Source of the DNA: Chara braunii
Taxonomy: Eukaryota > Plantae > Charophyceae
Assembly (NCBI GenBank): GCA_003427395.1
Contig: BFEA01000030.1
Location: 5,141,894 to 5,205,893, forward strand
Length of the DNA: 64,000 bases
Direction of reading: 5' to 3'
Below the pieces are notes generated by a model that worked only from the letters and a program-made list of their open reading frames with translations, was not told the origin of the DNA and searched no databases. Positions within the stretch are counted from its first letter, which is position 1, and each line of letters begins with the position of its first letter. Below are positions 62,925 through 64,000 of the stretch, in pieces. Position numbers and translations under genes: made by a program.

Positions 62925-64000
62925 CACGTAAAGAGAAAAAAAAAAAAAAATCGCGGTCGCGCTCTCACCGTCGTGCCTCTCCTAACAAAAACTGTAATGT
63001 GAAAACACGTACCGAACGCCGTGTTCTCCGGTCCATTGCGTAGGCTTTCCTTTCGGCGTGCGGGAACCGACCTCCATTCGGGATCGTGCACTGTAGTCCG
63101 CCATCGCCGCCAACCCCCAACGGAACCTCGGGCCGCTTGCTGTGTTGTTTCCCTCCACCGTCATACCCAACCCTCGAGCGGCCGCGTCCCGTGTCCATCG
63201 TTGCACTGCGGCGGGCAGATAGCGGTGCTGCGTTGCCCCTTTGTGCACGGCGGTGTGTGTTCGTTTAGGGTTCGTGCGTGGTTCTCAGTCTCGTTGTCGG
63301 CATGCAGTTGCGTCGTCACACAGCCGCGTGTTCCAAGTTCCCGTTCCGCTGTGCCTCGTGTGAGCCCCTCGTCTGCTGGAGTGTTTGAGTGTTTGATTGG
63401 TCACTGTACACAGTACATGGCGGTTTGAAGTCCCCGGCAGCGGCTGTTTGTGTTTGCGCGCGTGACTGCTGTTGTGTGGTCGTCGCTGCGGTGCGTCCTT
63501 CCACGATCGATTGTGCTGTGCGCATGCGGTCGCGCGTTTGGTGTTGTGTCGGCCGTTCGTGTTCGTCGACGTGCGCGCAGGTTTGTGTATATGAGAGTGT
63601 GGTCGTGTCAAAGTGTGTGAGTTGTCGTGTTTGTGAGTGTGGGTTATCATGTCCGTTTGTGTGTCGCTTATCTTGTGCTTGTGTGTGCGTTACCGTGTGT
63701 TTGTGTGTGCGTTATCGTGTGCGTGTGTGTGCGTTTTCGTGTGCGTGGTGGTGTGCTTGCATGTGCACTATCGTGTGCGTTCGTTTTTTGTGTGGTCCGG
63801 CCGCTATTAGCTGTTCAATTGGTTTCGTTATGTCTTTTTTTTGTTTTTTTTTTCTTTGTTGTCATATAATTCCCGTTCTTTGTCTCTTTACTTCGTACGC
63901 TCCACGTGTCACTTCCATCACGCGTCTTCTTCATCCATTAGTAGGGTAGATTTTTTTCTCCTCTTATCTTCTTCTTCGTGTAATTTTTTTTTTTTTTTTT

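Overview
Repeat-dense eukaryotic nuclear DNA from a gapped short-read/mate-pair assembly. Gene structure and repeat content suggest a green-lineage genome, most plausibly a charophyte such as Chara (inference only). The only recognisable host gene is an organelle-type adenylate kinase on the + strand: exons 21047-21505, 34279-34419 and 36566-36841, with the last exon not found in the window. Its large introns and flanks hold decayed L1/Tx1-like LINEs, two Penelope-like elements with an N-terminal GIY-YIG nuclease (Chlamys/Naiad-type order), many PIF/Harbinger-type and TTAA-type MITEs, tRNA-derived SINEs, U2/U6 snRNA retrocopies and microsatellites. The most notable signals concern retroposed RNA: (1) a mitochondrial-type trnK(UUU)-trnL(UAG) fragment inserted antisense with a poly(A) tail and a perfect 12-bp TSD, a candidate RNA-mediated NUMT; (2) a dispersed ~120-nt element family built on a type III hammerhead ribozyme, one copy starting at the predicted cleavage site; (3) a TSD-flanked 271-bp insert with a minimal type I hammerhead; (4) a covarying H-type pseudoknot shared by the tails of divergent retroelements. 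Three Nextera mate-pair junction adapters at 49.2-50.4 kb are assembly artefacts.
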